This document shows, piece after piece, positions 51,143 through 61,359 of a stretch of 64,000 nucleotides of DNA. The DNA lies in assembly GCA_963667175.2 (NCBI GenBank), contig CAXXXF010000015.1, forward strand, positions 128,001 to 192,000, in the 5' to 3' direction. This DNA is from Candidatus Latescibacterota bacterium (GTDB lineage: Bacteria; Latescibacterota; UBA2968; GCA-2709665). Position 1 is the stretch's first letter. Each line of letters opens with the position of its first letter. Both the position numbers and the translations under genes were made by a program. The notes beneath the pieces are model-generated. The model searched no databases. It was not told where the DNA came from and worked only from the letters and a program-made list of their open reading frames with translations.

Positions 51143-51865
51143 ATGCGTTCCACGTCGAAAGAACCAACTCCGGACCTGCGCGAAAAAGGCAAACCCATCA
51201 ATGGACAGACGCAGGCCAGCAACCGACGGCTCTATATGCAGCTGCACGTATTCGGAAACTGCGCGTGCGCGCGCACGCTTGCCCATGCGCTCCGAGATTC
51301 CGGCGTCGACGCCGTCCTGTACGCGGACCTGAACGACCCGTCCGGCGTCGGCATTCTTACGCTATCCGAGTCTCCGGACGCCTTTACGGGGGAAGTCCGC
51401 ACATTGTTGAATACCAGTCCCTTCGCCGAACTTCAACGCCATCCCGACCTTACGATGTTCGGAAGGACCTACGCGCACGGGTACGAGCCCGATCTTGACG
51501 AGGCGCTGTTGAAAAAGCCACGCCGCAAGGTCCTGAACCCGGACTGGCCCTGGGCCGTGTGGTATCCGTTGCGACGCAAACCCGAATTCGGACTGCTGCC
51601 GGGCGAGGATCTGCGCGGGATTCTGGGTGAACACGCCAGAATTGGACGGACCTACGCCGAGGCCGGTTTTGCCCAGGACGTCCGCCTTGCCTGCTACGGC
51701 CTTGACCGCAACGACAATGACTTCGTCATCGGCCTGCTGGGTCCCGAATTGCATCCGCTCTCGCACGTTGTCCAGGAAATGCGGAAGACCCGGCAGACTG
51801 CGCAATACGTGCAATCGCTGGGACCGTTTTTCGTAGGTAAAGCCATCTGGCAAACCCCTCAATGA
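51143..51865 (+). CDS. Chlorite dismutase/HemQ family heme protein
   Basis: WAVWYPLRR, EHARIGRTY, GLDRNDNDFVIGL, GPFFVG. Confidence 0.82.
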   Translation: MRSTSKEPTPDLREKGKPINGQTQASNRRLYMQLHVFGNCACARTLAHALRDSGVDAVLYADLNDPSGVGILTLSESPDAFTGEVRTLLNTSPFAELQRHPDLTMFGRTYAHGYEPDLDEALLKKPRRKVLNPDWPWAVWYPLRRKPEFGLLPGEDLRGILGEHARIGRTYAEAGFAQDVRLACYGLDRNDNDFVIGLLGPELHPLSHVVQEMRKTRQTAQYVQSLGPFFVGKAIWQTPQ

Positions 51866-51913
51866 CCCTGGTGAAAAGACACGTAGAGGAATCTTGAATC
51901 ACGGCAGGCCGAC

Positions 51914-53167
51914 ATGATTCGCAAGATCGAAGTCCTCCGTTACGGCTGCCTGCGTTTCATCAGCCGACCGCTGGATGCGTTCCACGTTCTGGTTGGGCCC
52001 AATGCCAGCGGTAAAACCACCCTGCTGGATGCCATCGCTTTCCTCGGCGATCTCGTCTCCGACGGGCTGGAGGAGACCGTCGAAAAACGCACGGCCGACC
52101 TGCGCGATCTGGTCTGGCGCCGTACCTTCGATCCGTTCGAACTGGCCATCGACCTGAGTATACCGGAACAGAAGACCGACCTTTTCGACAACCGGCAATA
52201 CGATCGGTGCCGGTACGAAGTCACCATCGGGCCGTCAGCTGAAACGGGTGAGACCTCCATTCTGGCCGAACGCGTTCTGCTTCTCCCCGACGCTCCCCAT
52301 GAAGAGCCCGAGTGCGAACAGCAGACGCTTTTCCCGGTCGACCGCCCGATGCCCGACACGCTGGCCCTGCCCCGCGTCAGAGGCGCCAGGACCATCGTGC
52401 ACAAGGTTCACGGGAGCAATGACAACTTCCACTACGAGACCGGTACCGGATGGGACCACTCATTCAAGCTGGGTCCGCGGCGGTCCGCTCTGGCCAATCT
52501 GCCCGAAGACGAGACCCGATATCCCGTAGCGACCTGGCTGAAGGGCGTACTCAACAGCGGAATCCAGCGCCTGGTGCTGAACAGCGCCAGTATGCGTCGT
52601 CCCAGCCCGCCCGGCCGCCCCTCCGGGTTTCAGCCCGATGGATCCAATCTGCCCTGGGTGATCGCCGCCCTGCGTGCCAGCGCACCCGACAGGTTCACGG
52701 CGTGGATCGATTGTCTGCAGTCCGTTCTTCCCGACCTGAGGTCCATTCGCACGATCGAACGTCCTGAGGACCGGCATTGCTATCTGGTTTTCCAGGATCA
52801 AAACGGACTGGAAGCGCCCTCCTGGGCGATTTCAGATGGCACCCTTCGCCTTCTGGCCCTTACACTTCCGGCATACCTGCCGGATTTTGGCGGCGTCCAT
52901 CTGGTAGAAGAACCCGAAAACGGAATTCATCCCCGGGCCGTCGAAACGGTTTTTCGTGCGCTCTCCTCCATAGAAAACGTCCAGGTCCTCTTAACCACAC
53001 ACTCCCCCGTCGTTGTGGGCCTGGCGGAAGACAGTCAGGTCATCTGTTTTTCCAGGACGCAATCCGGCGCCGCCGACCTGGTCCTCAGTACTGAAAATCC
53101 AGCGCTTCGCGAATGGCCGGGCGAGACCGACCTGGGCGCCCTGTTCGCCGACGGCGTGCTGGGATAG
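51914..53167 (+). CDS. AAA_21/ABC-type ATPase resembling MADS MAD3
   Basis: LVGPNASGKTT, ISDGTLRLLAL, VEEPENGIHP, LLTTHSP, C-terminal LGALFADGVLG. Confidence 0.75.
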   Translation: MIRKIEVLRYGCLRFISRPLDAFHVLVGPNASGKTTLLDAIAFLGDLVSDGLEETVEKRTADLRDLVWRRTFDPFELAIDLSIPEQKTDLFDNRQYDRCRYEVTIGPSAETGETSILAERVLLLPDAPHEEPECEQQTLFPVDRPMPDTLALPRVRGARTIVHKVHGSNDNFHYETGTGWDHSFKLGPRRSALANLPEDETRYPVATWLKGVLNSGIQRLVLNSASMRRPSPPGRPSGFQPDGSNLPWVIAALRASAPDRFTAWIDCLQSVLPDLRSIRTIERPEDRHCYLVFQDQNGLEAPSWAISDGTLRLLALTLPAYLPDFGGVHLVEEPENGIHPRAVETVFRALSSIENVQVLLTTHSPVVVGLAEDSQVICFSRTQSGAADLVLSTENPALREWPGETDLGALFADGVLG

Positions 53168-53283
53168 AACCGCGTGCGTGGAAGGGGCGAGAGCGGGCGG
53201 ACCCACCGACGACACGACCGCCCGGGCGATTGTATTCCAACTACGTCACTGTGGAATAACAAGGGCATTCGAGGACACGCCCC

Positions 53284-54453
53284 ATGAATGAACTCACTCT
53301 GAAATACGGTTGCAACCCACACCAGAAGCCCGCGAGAATTTACAACGAACACGGCCCGCTGCCCTTCCGTGTCCTGAACGGTTCGGCCGGCTATATAAAC
53401 CTTCTCGATGCGCTCAATTCCTGGCAGCTTGTAAAGGAACTCAGGGAGACGCTCGGCACGCCCGCCGCGGCTTCCTTCAAACACCTCAGCCCCGCCGGCG
53501 CCGCCGTGGCGGCGCCTCTCAGCGAAGACGTGAGAAAAGCTCTGTTTGTGGAAGACCTGGACCTTTCGCCGCCGGCCGTGGCGTACGCCCGCGCCCGGGG
53601 CGCCGACCGGCTTTCTTCGTACGGCGATTGGGCGGCCCTGAGCGACACGGTTGACGTCGCCACCGCCAGGCTTCTTCGCCGGGAGGTCTCCGACGGCGTG
53701 ATTGCGCCCGGATATCATCCGGAAGCCCTGGAAATATTGAAGCGGAAAAAGGGAGGCGTCTACCCGGTCCTTCAAATCGATCCGGATTACATGCCCCGGG
53801 AGACCGAGCGTCGTGAGGTATTCGGACTCACCTTCGAGCAGCAGTCCAACACCCGGTCCACCGGCCCTGAGATATTGAAAGACGTCGTCACCCGCAATCG
53901 GGAAATCCCGCCGGAAAAGGCCCGCGATATGCTGGTGGCCACGATAACGCTCAAGTTCACCCAGTCCAACTCCATCTGCTTCGCACTGCAAGGTCAGGCA
54001 ATCGGCGTGGGCGCGGGCCAGCAAAACCGTCTTGCGTGCACGGACATTGCCGCCAGGAAAGCCGAAGCATGGTTTCTGCGCCAGCACCCGGCGGTGCTCG
54101 ATCTGAAATTCAGACGGGGCGCCAGGCGGCCCGAGAAGATAAACGCCATCGAACGCTATCTCAAGGGGGACATGACTCCCGAAGAACAGAGCGTCTGGCG
54201 CGCTTCATTCCGCAAAGCGCCGCCGCCGCTCCGGGAATCGTCCAGGCGGGAATGGCTGCATCGCCTCAAGGGTGTCACTCTGGGCTCCGACGCGTATATT
54301 CCCTTTCGCGACAACATCGACCGCGCCGCCCGAACGGGGGTGGAATACGTGATTCAGACGGGCGGTTCCGTACAGGACGATGCCGTAACCGCCGCCGCCG
54401 ACGAATATGGCATGGTCATGGTCAACACCGGCATCAGGCTCTTTCATCACTGA
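53284..54453 (+). CDS. purH: AICAR transformylase (PurH C-terminal domain only)
   Basis: LKYGCNPHQ, SFKHLSPAG, KFTQSNS, GAGQQNR, GSDAYIPFRD, RLFHH; no IMP cyclohydrolase domain. Confidence 0.9.
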   Translation: MNELTLKYGCNPHQKPARIYNEHGPLPFRVLNGSAGYINLLDALNSWQLVKELRETLGTPAAASFKHLSPAGAAVAAPLSEDVRKALFVEDLDLSPPAVAYARARGADRLSSYGDWAALSDTVDVATARLLRREVSDGVIAPGYHPEALEILKRKKGGVYPVLQIDPDYMPRETERREVFGLTFEQQSNTRSTGPEILKDVVTRNREIPPEKARDMLVATITLKFTQSNSICFALQGQAIGVGAGQQNRLACTDIAARKAEAWFLRQHPAVLDLKFRRGARRPEKINAIERYLKGDMTPEEQSVWRASFRKAPPPLRESSRREWLHRLKGVTLGSDAYIPFRDNIDRAARTGVEYVIQTGGSVQDDAVTAAADEYGMVMVNTGIRLFHH

Positions 54454-54497
54454 CCTTGATTCGTCAATTTTCGCTAACGTCAAATCGAACGTACGCA
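54453..54497. repeat. 45-bp direct repeat, copy 1 (copy 2 at 58206-58250)
   Basis: ACCTTGATTCGTCA..AAATCGAACGTACGCA; 41/45 identical by manual alignment. Confidence 0.85.
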
Positions 54498-54555
54498 AGG
54501 TGACGTTGAGATGACCGAAATTCTCCAAAAGAGTGAAAAAGTGCCAAATTTCCCG

Positions 54556-54584
54556 TTGACGACCGCGCGAACGGGCCTTATATT
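54556..54584 (+). promoter_or_regulatory. Sigma70-type promoter
   Basis: TTGACG-17-TATATT. Confidence 0.55.
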
Positions 54585-54673
54585 TATCGTCCGACACGGC
54601 GTCAGGACGCCACAAATCCAGGATAAGCCGGTGTACCTGAGGCATACACCGCAGCAAATGGAGATTTTCGGAC

Positions 54674-55510
54674 ATGCAATCCAGAGGATCGATTGGCGAC
54701 ACAGAAATCTATCTGCGCGATATCCGAAAATTCACGCCGCTGAGCAGGGAAGACGAAGCCGACGTGATCGCTGACGCCCAGAAGGGAAACCGCAGAGCTC
54801 TTGACCGTCTCATCACCGCCAATCTCCGATTTGTCGTCCGAATCGCTCGGGAATACAGCGGACGGGGTCTTCCCCTCTCCGACCTGATCGCCGAGGGCAA
54901 CCTGGGTCTGATTCGAGCCACACGGACATTCGATCTGGCGCGCGGGCACAAATTCATCACGTACGCGGTCTGGTGGATTCGTCAGGCGATACTGTCGGCA
55001 CTCAACAAATATTCCCATCCGGTTGTGTTTCCGGTGAATCAGATCGACGACCTCGACATCATCAACAGGACCAAGAACGCCCTCTCGCAATCGCTGGGCC
55101 GGATTCCCGATCTGGGCGAGCTTGTCGAGAAGACCGGCATGCCGCTCCGAAGGCTGCGCCGCGCCCTCGAGGCCAACCGGTCTACCGTATCGCTGGACAG
55201 CCCCACGCACGAAGGGTCTTCCGGCGTATACGCAGACACGCTTCCATCCCAGGACTCCCGCCCTGACGAACAATTCGAGGATGCCCGGATCAAGAAGCTG
55301 TTGAAGGAATGCCTGAATCGGTTACCGCGACGCGAAGCGCGGATACTGAGTCTGTATTTCGGTCTGGATTCCGATAAGCCGGAGCCCCTCGAACGGATCG
55401 GCAGACGCCTGCAGATCAGCAGGGAACGCGTCCGACAACTGAAAGACAGGGCGCTCAACAGGCTCCGGCTCAACTTCGTGCAGGAAAACATGATTTCGCA
55501 GACGGAATAA
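54674..55510 (+). CDS. RpoD/SigA-family alternative sigma factor (no region 1.1)
   Basis: ANLRFVVRIA, DLIAEGNLGL, KFITYAVWWIRQAI, SRERVRQL. Confidence 0.92.
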   Translation: MQSRGSIGDTEIYLRDIRKFTPLSREDEADVIADAQKGNRRALDRLITANLRFVVRIAREYSGRGLPLSDLIAEGNLGLIRATRTFDLARGHKFITYAVWWIRQAILSALNKYSHPVVFPVNQIDDLDIINRTKNALSQSLGRIPDLGELVEKTGMPLRRLRRALEANRSTVSLDSPTHEGSSGVYADTLPSQDSRPDEQFEDARIKKLLKECLNRLPRREARILSLYFGLDSDKPEPLERIGRRLQISRERVRQLKDRALNRLRLNFVQENMISQTE

Positions 55511-55524
55511 AACGACACCCACAC

Positions 55525-55558
55525 AAAAAAAGGCGGCCTGAGTGGCCGCCCTTTTTTT
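55525..55558. terminator. Bidirectional rho-independent terminator
   Basis: A-tract, GGCGGCC..GGCCGCC stem, T-tract between convergent genes. Confidence 0.85.
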
Positions 55559-55600
55559 GTACATACGTTACCCGCTTACTGCCCCGAATAACCCCGTCGG

Positions 55601-56779
55601 TTACTTGGTCATCTGCTGCCTCAACAGCTGCATCTCCCGCTGGAGACGAAGGACTTCACGATACAGGACCTCGTTGCCCCGCTGGATTGAAAGCTGAGAC
55701 GAGGCCGAAAATGCGTCGAAGCCAGCGGGCGGGAATCCACCGGATTCCGGCGAAAGCTCGCCCACCTCGACGCGGGGCGTGTCCGGCTGCTCACCCCGCT
55801 TGATCTTCATCCGGACCTCGGTTCCGGGCGTTGTGGAAAGGACCAGGCTCTGCAGATGTTCGGCGCTCTCCACCTGCTGGTTCTGGAACGCAATAATCAG
55901 ATCGCCCTGCACGATACCACTACTGGCCGCAGGTCCGTCGGGCGCAATGCTGTCGACGCGCACGCCGTGGTATTCGGGAACGTATTCTCCCGTGACACCC
56001 AGCCATCCGTATACGGTCCGTGAACCGTTCAGGAGACGTTGCGCGATACGAATCGCGCGGTTGATGGGTACCACAAATACAGTGGTTTGAATCTCCAGCG
56101 CCATTCGGGCGCCCGGCGCCGCGTCGAGCGGGGCGCCGGACCACGGTTCCGGCCTTAACGACGCCCAAACAAGACCCAGGGTCTCCCCGGAGCTGCAAAA
56201 CACCGGCGCGCCGCCAAAACTGAGGCGCACCGGCGCCCCAATGTAAATCAGGTCCTGTGTGCGGTCAACATTGTGAACCGAGCCAAACGAAGGCACCAGA
56301 TTTCCGAAGCTGTTGCCAAGTATAAACGCGCAGTGGCCCACGCGAACCCGGTCGGAATCCCCGATCGCAATGGGTTGCAGACCTTCCGCTTCGACCCGGA
56401 TAACCGCCACTTCCGAAACCGGATCCGATGCCACGAAACGGGCCGGGAGACGACGCTCCGTACTCAGGGTTACCCAGATCTCCTCGGCGCCTTTAACAGC
56501 ACGATGGACCGTAATGATGTTGCCCGTGGTATCCAGGACGAATCCGGTGCCATGCATGAATCCCTTGCCGTACTGCAGTCCTTCGACCGACCCCGCATGG
56601 GTAAAGCTGGTATGGACGCGCACGACTCCGGGCCTGTTCTTTTCCAGGATCTCGGCTCTCTCTTCGTCGATGCCCTTGAGCACGCCGCCGCCGACGCACT
56701 CCTTCGCACCCGGCCCGGCCAAGAGTAACCCCGTTAAAAGGGGAACCGTCCACAGGGGTCTGTACCGTCGTGTTTTCAT
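55601..56779 (-). CDS. HtrA/S1C trypsin-like + PDZ protein, catalytic triad degenerate
   Basis: GTGFVL, IGDSDRVRVG, YGWLGV..GPAASSGI.QGDLI. Confidence 0.8.
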   Translation of the reverse strand: MKTRRYRPLWTVPLLTGLLLAGPGAKECVGGGVLKGIDEERAEILEKNRPGVVRVHTSFTHAGSVEGLQYGKGFMHGTGFVLDTTGNIITVHRAVKGAEEIWVTLSTERRLPARFVASDPVSEVAVIRVEAEGLQPIAIGDSDRVRVGHCAFILGNSFGNLVPSFGSVHNVDRTQDLIYIGAPVRLSFGGAPVFCSSGETLGLVWASLRPEPWSGAPLDAAPGARMALEIQTTVFVVPINRAIRIAQRLLNGSRTVYGWLGVTGEYVPEYHGVRVDSIAPDGPAASSGIVQGDLIIAFQNQQVESAEHLQSLVLSTTPGTEVRMKIKRGEQPDTPRVEVGELSPESGGFPPAGFDAFSASSQLSIQRGNEVLYREVLRLQREMQLLRQQMTK

Positions 56780-56812
56780 CCTACGAGTCGACTTTCTCTC
56801 CCCAGAGATTCA

Positions 56813-57415
56813 CTAAAAGGACACCCGGCGCACGTTTGCCAGGTGTCTACCCGGCCGCTTAAGAACCATGGACGCGCCCTTTACGGAATCCGCCCGTCCG
56901 GTCCGATGAACCTGTTCTGAAAACAGTAACGAGGCTTTCTGTGGAAGCATCTTTAACGCGCCACGCCGGTCCCCGGCAGGAAACGGGGCAAACGCGGGCG
57001 CAACCACCGTCAATTGACGTACGTGATCATTGGCGACCGCGCGTGTTTCCGGCGCCTCGTCGAGTGCCGTGGTCATGCCCAGCGCCATCAGCACAACGGC
57101 CGCCGCCGATGCAACCGCTCTTGGTATGGTCGGAAAAAATACGTCGGGCAGTCTGTTCCAGAACGAAGGCTTTTGTGCCGCCTCCATCATCAGACGGCTC
57201 CGAAGCGCAAAATCGAAGCCTGCGGAAGGTTTCTCACGCGACATCCGGGCCAACCGCCGGGTCAGGTTCCTGACGCCTTCCAGCGAATTTGCGCAGGCAG
57301 CGCACGCTTGCGCATGGCTTTCCATCTGCGCCCGCTTTGTACCTGCGACCTCGTTTTCGAGATAGTCCGATAATCGGGCCGCAAACTCGCCGCAAGTGAT
57401 GTGACCCTCACCCAT
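56813..57415 (-). CDS. Zn-finger (zf-HC2) anti-sigma factor
   Basis: C..LSDYL..HAQACAAC; single TM; GGAGG RBS. Confidence 0.85.
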   Translation of the reverse strand: MGEGHITCGEFAARLSDYLENEVAGTKRAQMESHAQACAACANSLEGVRNLTRRLARMSREKPSAGFDFALRSRLMMEAAQKPSFWNRLPDVFFPTIPRAVASAAAVVLMALGMTTALDEAPETRAVANDHVRQLTVVAPAFAPFPAGDRRGALKMLPQKASLLFSEQVHRTGRADSVKGASMVLKRPGRHLANVRRVSF

Positions 57416-57481
57416 GTTCTTCCTCCAATGTTCCCACTCGTTGACCAATTTCCGTGCGGTTCGGCAGACGGTATCAGGCTT

Positions 57482-58087
57482 TCAGACCACCAACCCGACG
57501 TCCCTTCCTTCGTTTTTCAGCTTTTGCTGCAGTTTCAGACGAGCCCGGTTCACGCGGGACTTGACCGTACCCACCGGACACCGGCTGATCTTTGCAATCT
57601 CCTGGTACGACAGTCCCTCGACGTCCCGAAGCAGGATGACCTGCCGGTAGTTTTCCGACAGAGACATGATGGCCTGATGAATCTGTACATCCGCGATTGA
57701 AGATTCGGTGATCCGATCCGGCCGGTACGACTCGTCGGGCAGTTCAATCCCTGTCTCGTTCTCGTCGTCCCGGTGAAGCGGAAACAGCCGCCAGCGTTTT
57801 CGACGCCTCAATTCGCTCTTGGCCAGGTTGCCGGCAATTGTAAACAACCAGGTGGAGAAATTCGCGATCGCCCGATATTCGTTCCGTTTGCGATACGCCC
57901 TGAGGAAGGCCTCCTGTACGATATCCTCCGCTGTCTCCCGGTCGCCGACGAATCGAAAGACAAAATTGTATAACCGACCTCTGTAACGATTGACAATCTT
58001 TCCATAGGCTTCAATATCGCCATTCGCAACGTCCGTCAGAATATCAACGTCCGAAACCGTACCGTTTTCCGTGCCCGCCATAAGCAT
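57482..58087 (-). CDS. ECF sigma factor
   Basis: AEDIVQEAF, FSTWLFTIA, GLSYQEIA, GTVKSRVNRAR. Confidence 0.93.
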   Translation of the reverse strand: MLMAGTENGTVSDVDILTDVANGDIEAYGKIVNRYRGRLYNFVFRFVGDRETAEDIVQEAFLRAYRKRNEYRAIANFSTWLFTIAGNLAKSELRRRKRWRLFPLHRDDENETGIELPDESYRPDRITESSIADVQIHQAIMSLSENYRQVILLRDVEGLSYQEIAKISRCPVGTVKSRVNRARLKLQQKLKNEGRDVGLVV

Positions 58088-58205
58088 TGACTTCCCCCCT
58101 TTCACCTGCCACGTCCTTGGGAATGGGGTCTGCTAAACCCTCAATCCAGACGATTGCCGAACAGCTTTTAAACCCTCTGGTTTGAGAAAGGTTCCCGAAA
58201 AGCCA

Positions 58206-58250
58206 ACCTTGATTCGTCATTTTTCGGTGACGTTAAATCGAACGTACGCA
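58206..58250. repeat. 45-bp direct repeat, copy 2
   Basis: See 54453-54497. Confidence 0.85.
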
Positions 58251-58540
58251 GGTTAATAAAGGCGATTTAACATCCGATTTCCAGGATACATCCGGTCACT
58301 GGACGTGAACGGAAAAAATGTACAATTCAACGACGTTTTCGTCCCGGTTCGGAAGGGTTTGTCGCGTCGCCGCGTTGCTGCTTTTGGAGAATCTCCACGC
58401 TTTCGATGGGGTTTCTCCGCTTGACATCCGGCGCCGTTGTGGGTTAATTATAGCCGTTCCAACCAGGAATCGCAAGACCCGCACGTACCCACGTCGAATC
58501 TGCCATTTCAACCGTTCAAAACCGAATGAAGGGGTTTTCA

Positions 58541-60541
58541 ATGGCGGCACATCCAGACCGGACGATAGAACGGGGCGGGCGATATTTCCCGCCTCAGAAA
58601 CTCGGTGAACAGGCCCACGTCAGTGGTTTCGAAGCATACGAGCGGCGGTATAAGGAATCCATCAGGGACGTCGAGGCATTCTGGGCCGACGTGGCGGGAG
58701 ATTTCCACTGGTTCAGAAAATGGGATAACGTACGCGCGTATAACTACAACCTTAATGAGGGACCCATCTCCATCCGATGGTTTGAAGGCGCGAAAACCAG
58801 CATCGCGTACAACTGCCTCGACCGTCACCTGCAACCACGCGGAGACCAGATTGCCATCATCTGGGAAGGCAATGAACCGGGTGAAGACGGAAAGCTGACC
58901 TACCGGGAACTCCACGAGCAGGTCTGCAAATTCGCCAACGTGCTGAAGTCTCGAGGCGTGGACAAGGGTGACCGGGTTTCCATCTATATGCCAATGATCC
59001 CCGAACTGGCCATCGCGATGCTCGCATGCGCCAGGATCGGCGCCGTACACTCCATCGTATTCGGCGGCTTTTCCGCCGATGCGCTTGCCGACCGAATTGT
59101 CGATTCCACCTGCCGGGTTGTCATTACTACCGACGGCATGTTTCGGGGCGACCGGCCGATGGAGCGCAAGGCTTTCGCCGACCACGCCATGGCCAATGCC
59201 GATGCACGCATGAACGGCAAATCCGTGGAAACCTGCATTGTCGTCCGCCGCGTGGGCGAACATCAGGGTGTTTCATGTCCCATGCAGGACGGCAGAGACA
59301 TCTGGTGGCACGACGCCATGGCAACCGCCAGTCCGGATTGTCCCTGCGAAGAGATGGACGCTGAAGATCCGCTATACATCCTGTATACCTCCGGGTCCAC
59401 CGGCAAACCCAAGGGCGTGCAGCACAATGTCGGCGGATATATGGTATACACCGCCTATTCCCACAAAAATGTCTTCGACTATCATGATGGCGACGTTTAT
59501 TTCTGCGCCGCCGACATCGGGTGGGTCACAGGACACTCGTACATCATCTACGGTCCATTGGCGAATGGCGCAACCACCGTCATGTTCGAAAGCACACCGG
59601 TCTATCCCGATCCGGGGCGCTATTGGCAGGTCATCGACAAATACAAGGTCAATCAGTTCTATACGGCGCCTACGGCGATCCGGGCAGTCGCGAAAGAGGG
59701 GGAAGCGTGGCCGGCCAAATACGACCTCTCTTCGCTGAAGCTTCTGGGGACCGTTGGCGAGCCCATCAATCCGGAAGCCTGGATGTGGTACCACAACAAC
59801 GTGGGGCGGGGCCGGTGTCCCATAGTCGACACCTGGTGGCAGACCGAAACCGGCGGTATTCTCATCACCCCGCTTCCGGGCGCAACGGCCACGAAGCCCG
59901 GCTCTGCTACCTTTCCCTTCTTCGGTATCCGACCGGTCGTCCTCGATCCGGAGACCGGCAGGGAACTGGAAGGGAACGACGTCCAGGGCGTTCTGGCGAT
60001 CGCGGAACCCTGGCCCGGCCAGATGCGCACCGTGTACGGCGACCACAACCGATTCGAGGAAACCTACTTCCAGCAATACAAAGGCTATTATTTCACCGGA
60101 GACGGATGCCGCAGGGACGAAGACGGCTATTACTGGATCACCGGTCGGGTGGATGACGTCATCAACATTTCCGGTCACCGCATGGGCACGGCCGAGGTGG
60201 AGTCCGCCCTTGTCTCTCACGAGGGCGTGGCGGAAGCGGCGGTGGTGGGTTTCCCGCACGATATCAAGGGCCAGGGAATCTACGCCTACGTAACCCTGAA
60301 CGTGGGCGTGGAATACGTCGATGCGTTGAAAGACGAACTGAAGTCCTGGGTTCGAAAGGAGATCGGTCCCATCGCCACACCCGACGTGATCCACTGGGCG
60401 CCGGGGCTGCCCAAAACCCGATCAGGCAAAATTATGCGCCGTATCCTGCGCAAAATAGCCGCTGACGACACCGGCGATCTCGGTGACACGTCCACGCTTG
60501 CGGAGCCGGCGGTTGTGGATCAGCTTCTGGAGAATCGGTAG
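58541..60541 (+). CDS. acs: Acetyl-CoA synthetase
   Basis: [44 protein letters not shown]. Confidence 0.96.
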   Translation: MAAHPDRTIERGGRYFPPQKLGEQAHVSGFEAYERRYKESIRDVEAFWADVAGDFHWFRKWDNVRAYNYNLNEGPISIRWFEGAKTSIAYNCLDRHLQPRGDQIAIIWEGNEPGEDGKLTYRELHEQVCKFANVLKSRGVDKGDRVSIYMPMIPELAIAMLACARIGAVHSIVFGGFSADALADRIVDSTCRVVITTDGMFRGDRPMERKAFADHAMANADARMNGKSVETCIVVRRVGEHQGVSCPMQDGRDIWWHDAMATASPDCPCEEMDAEDPLYILYTSGSTGKPKGVQHNVGGYMVYTAYSHKNVFDYHDGDVYFCAADIGWVTGHSYIIYGPLANGATTVMFESTPVYPDPGRYWQVIDKYKVNQFYTAPTAIRAVAKEGEAWPAKYDLSSLKLLGTVGEPINPEAWMWYHNNVGRGRCPIVDTWWQTETGGILITPLPGATATKPGSATFPFFGIRPVVLDPETGRELEGNDVQGVLAIAEPWPGQMRTVYGDHNRFEETYFQQYKGYYFTGDGCRRDEDGYYWITGRVDDVINISGHRMGTAEVESALVSHEGVAEAAVVGFPHDIKGQGIYAYVTLNVGVEYVDALKDELKSWVRKEIGPIATPDVIHWAPGLPKTRSGKIMRRILRKIAADDTGDLGDTSTLAEPAVVDQLLENR

Positions 60542-60561
60542 CAATCAGATTTGAATGCAGA

Positions 60562-60597
60562 ACGTCAAGAGGGAGCCGGATGGCTCCCTCTTGACGT
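60562..60597 (+). terminator. Long hairpin after acs
   Basis: ACGTCAAGAGGGAGCC..GGCTCCCTCTTGACGT, 16-bp perfect stem. Confidence 0.75.
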
Positions 60598-60621
60598 ATT
60601 TACGTGACGCATCGTACCGGC

Positions 60622-61329
60622 ATGAACCCCTCACCCCTGAAATCTCTTCTCCTGCTCTCCGGCGGCATGGATTCCACCACCCTGCTATGGTGGATGCGGG
60701 ACCGCGGCATCTCGGAAATCCACACCGTTTCGGTCGACTATGGCCAACGCCACGCAGTCGAACTCGAATCCAGCGCGACGCTCTCCCGGATGGCCGGCGC
60801 GTCGTCCCACCGCTGTCTGAAACTCGACCTTCGGCAGATTGGCGGGAATCCGCTCACGGACACGGGACAGGCGGTTCCCGCAGCGAAGCAGAGTCGACAG
60901 ACGCTAACCGTTGTCTCTTTCCGCAACATGCTCTTCGTGACCCTGGCTGCCGCCTGGGCAGAGATGAAAGGTTGCAGAAATCTCTATCTCTCGCCGGTCC
61001 GGAATGACTTTGAGATTTACCGGGACTGCCGTCGAGAATTTTACGATATGCTTGAAAAGACCCTGTGCCTGGGCGCCACGCGGCCCACGGACTACCGGAT
61101 CCACACCCCGTTTGTGGAGAAATGGAAAGACGAAGTCGTGAGCATGGGGCTGAACCTGGGCGTGCCCTACGCCGAGACCCACACCTGCTACGAAGGCAGA
61201 CGCCCCGCCTGCGGCCGCTGCGACGCCTGCGTGGAACGCGTCGCCGCATTTCGCGCCAATCGCGCCGTGGATCCGCTGTCCTACGAAATCGAAATCGACT
61301 GGACAGGATCCTGGAAACCCCGTCGATAG
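60622..61329 (+). CDS. queC: 7-cyano-7-deazaguanine synthase
   Basis: LSGGMDS, DYGQRH, FRN, DCR, TCY..CGRCDAC. Confidence 0.9.
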   Translation: MNPSPLKSLLLLSGGMDSTTLLWWMRDRGISEIHTVSVDYGQRHAVELESSATLSRMAGASSHRCLKLDLRQIGGNPLTDTGQAVPAAKQSRQTLTVVSFRNMLFVTLAAAWAEMKGCRNLYLSPVRNDFEIYRDCRREFYDMLEKTLCLGATRPTDYRIHTPFVEKWKDEVVSMGLNLGVPYAETHTCYEGRRPACGRCDACVERVAAFRANRAVDPLSYEIEIDWTGSWKPRR

Positions 61330-61359
61330 GTGTCCTCGCGTGCCGTTTCTCCGGCCGGA

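Noticed and set aside
60541-60621. preQ1 riboswitch before queC, or a Dpd-type DNA modification system from queC/queD
   Set aside because: Only a simple hairpin is present; no dpdA/tgt paralogue; the two genes are 20 kb apart
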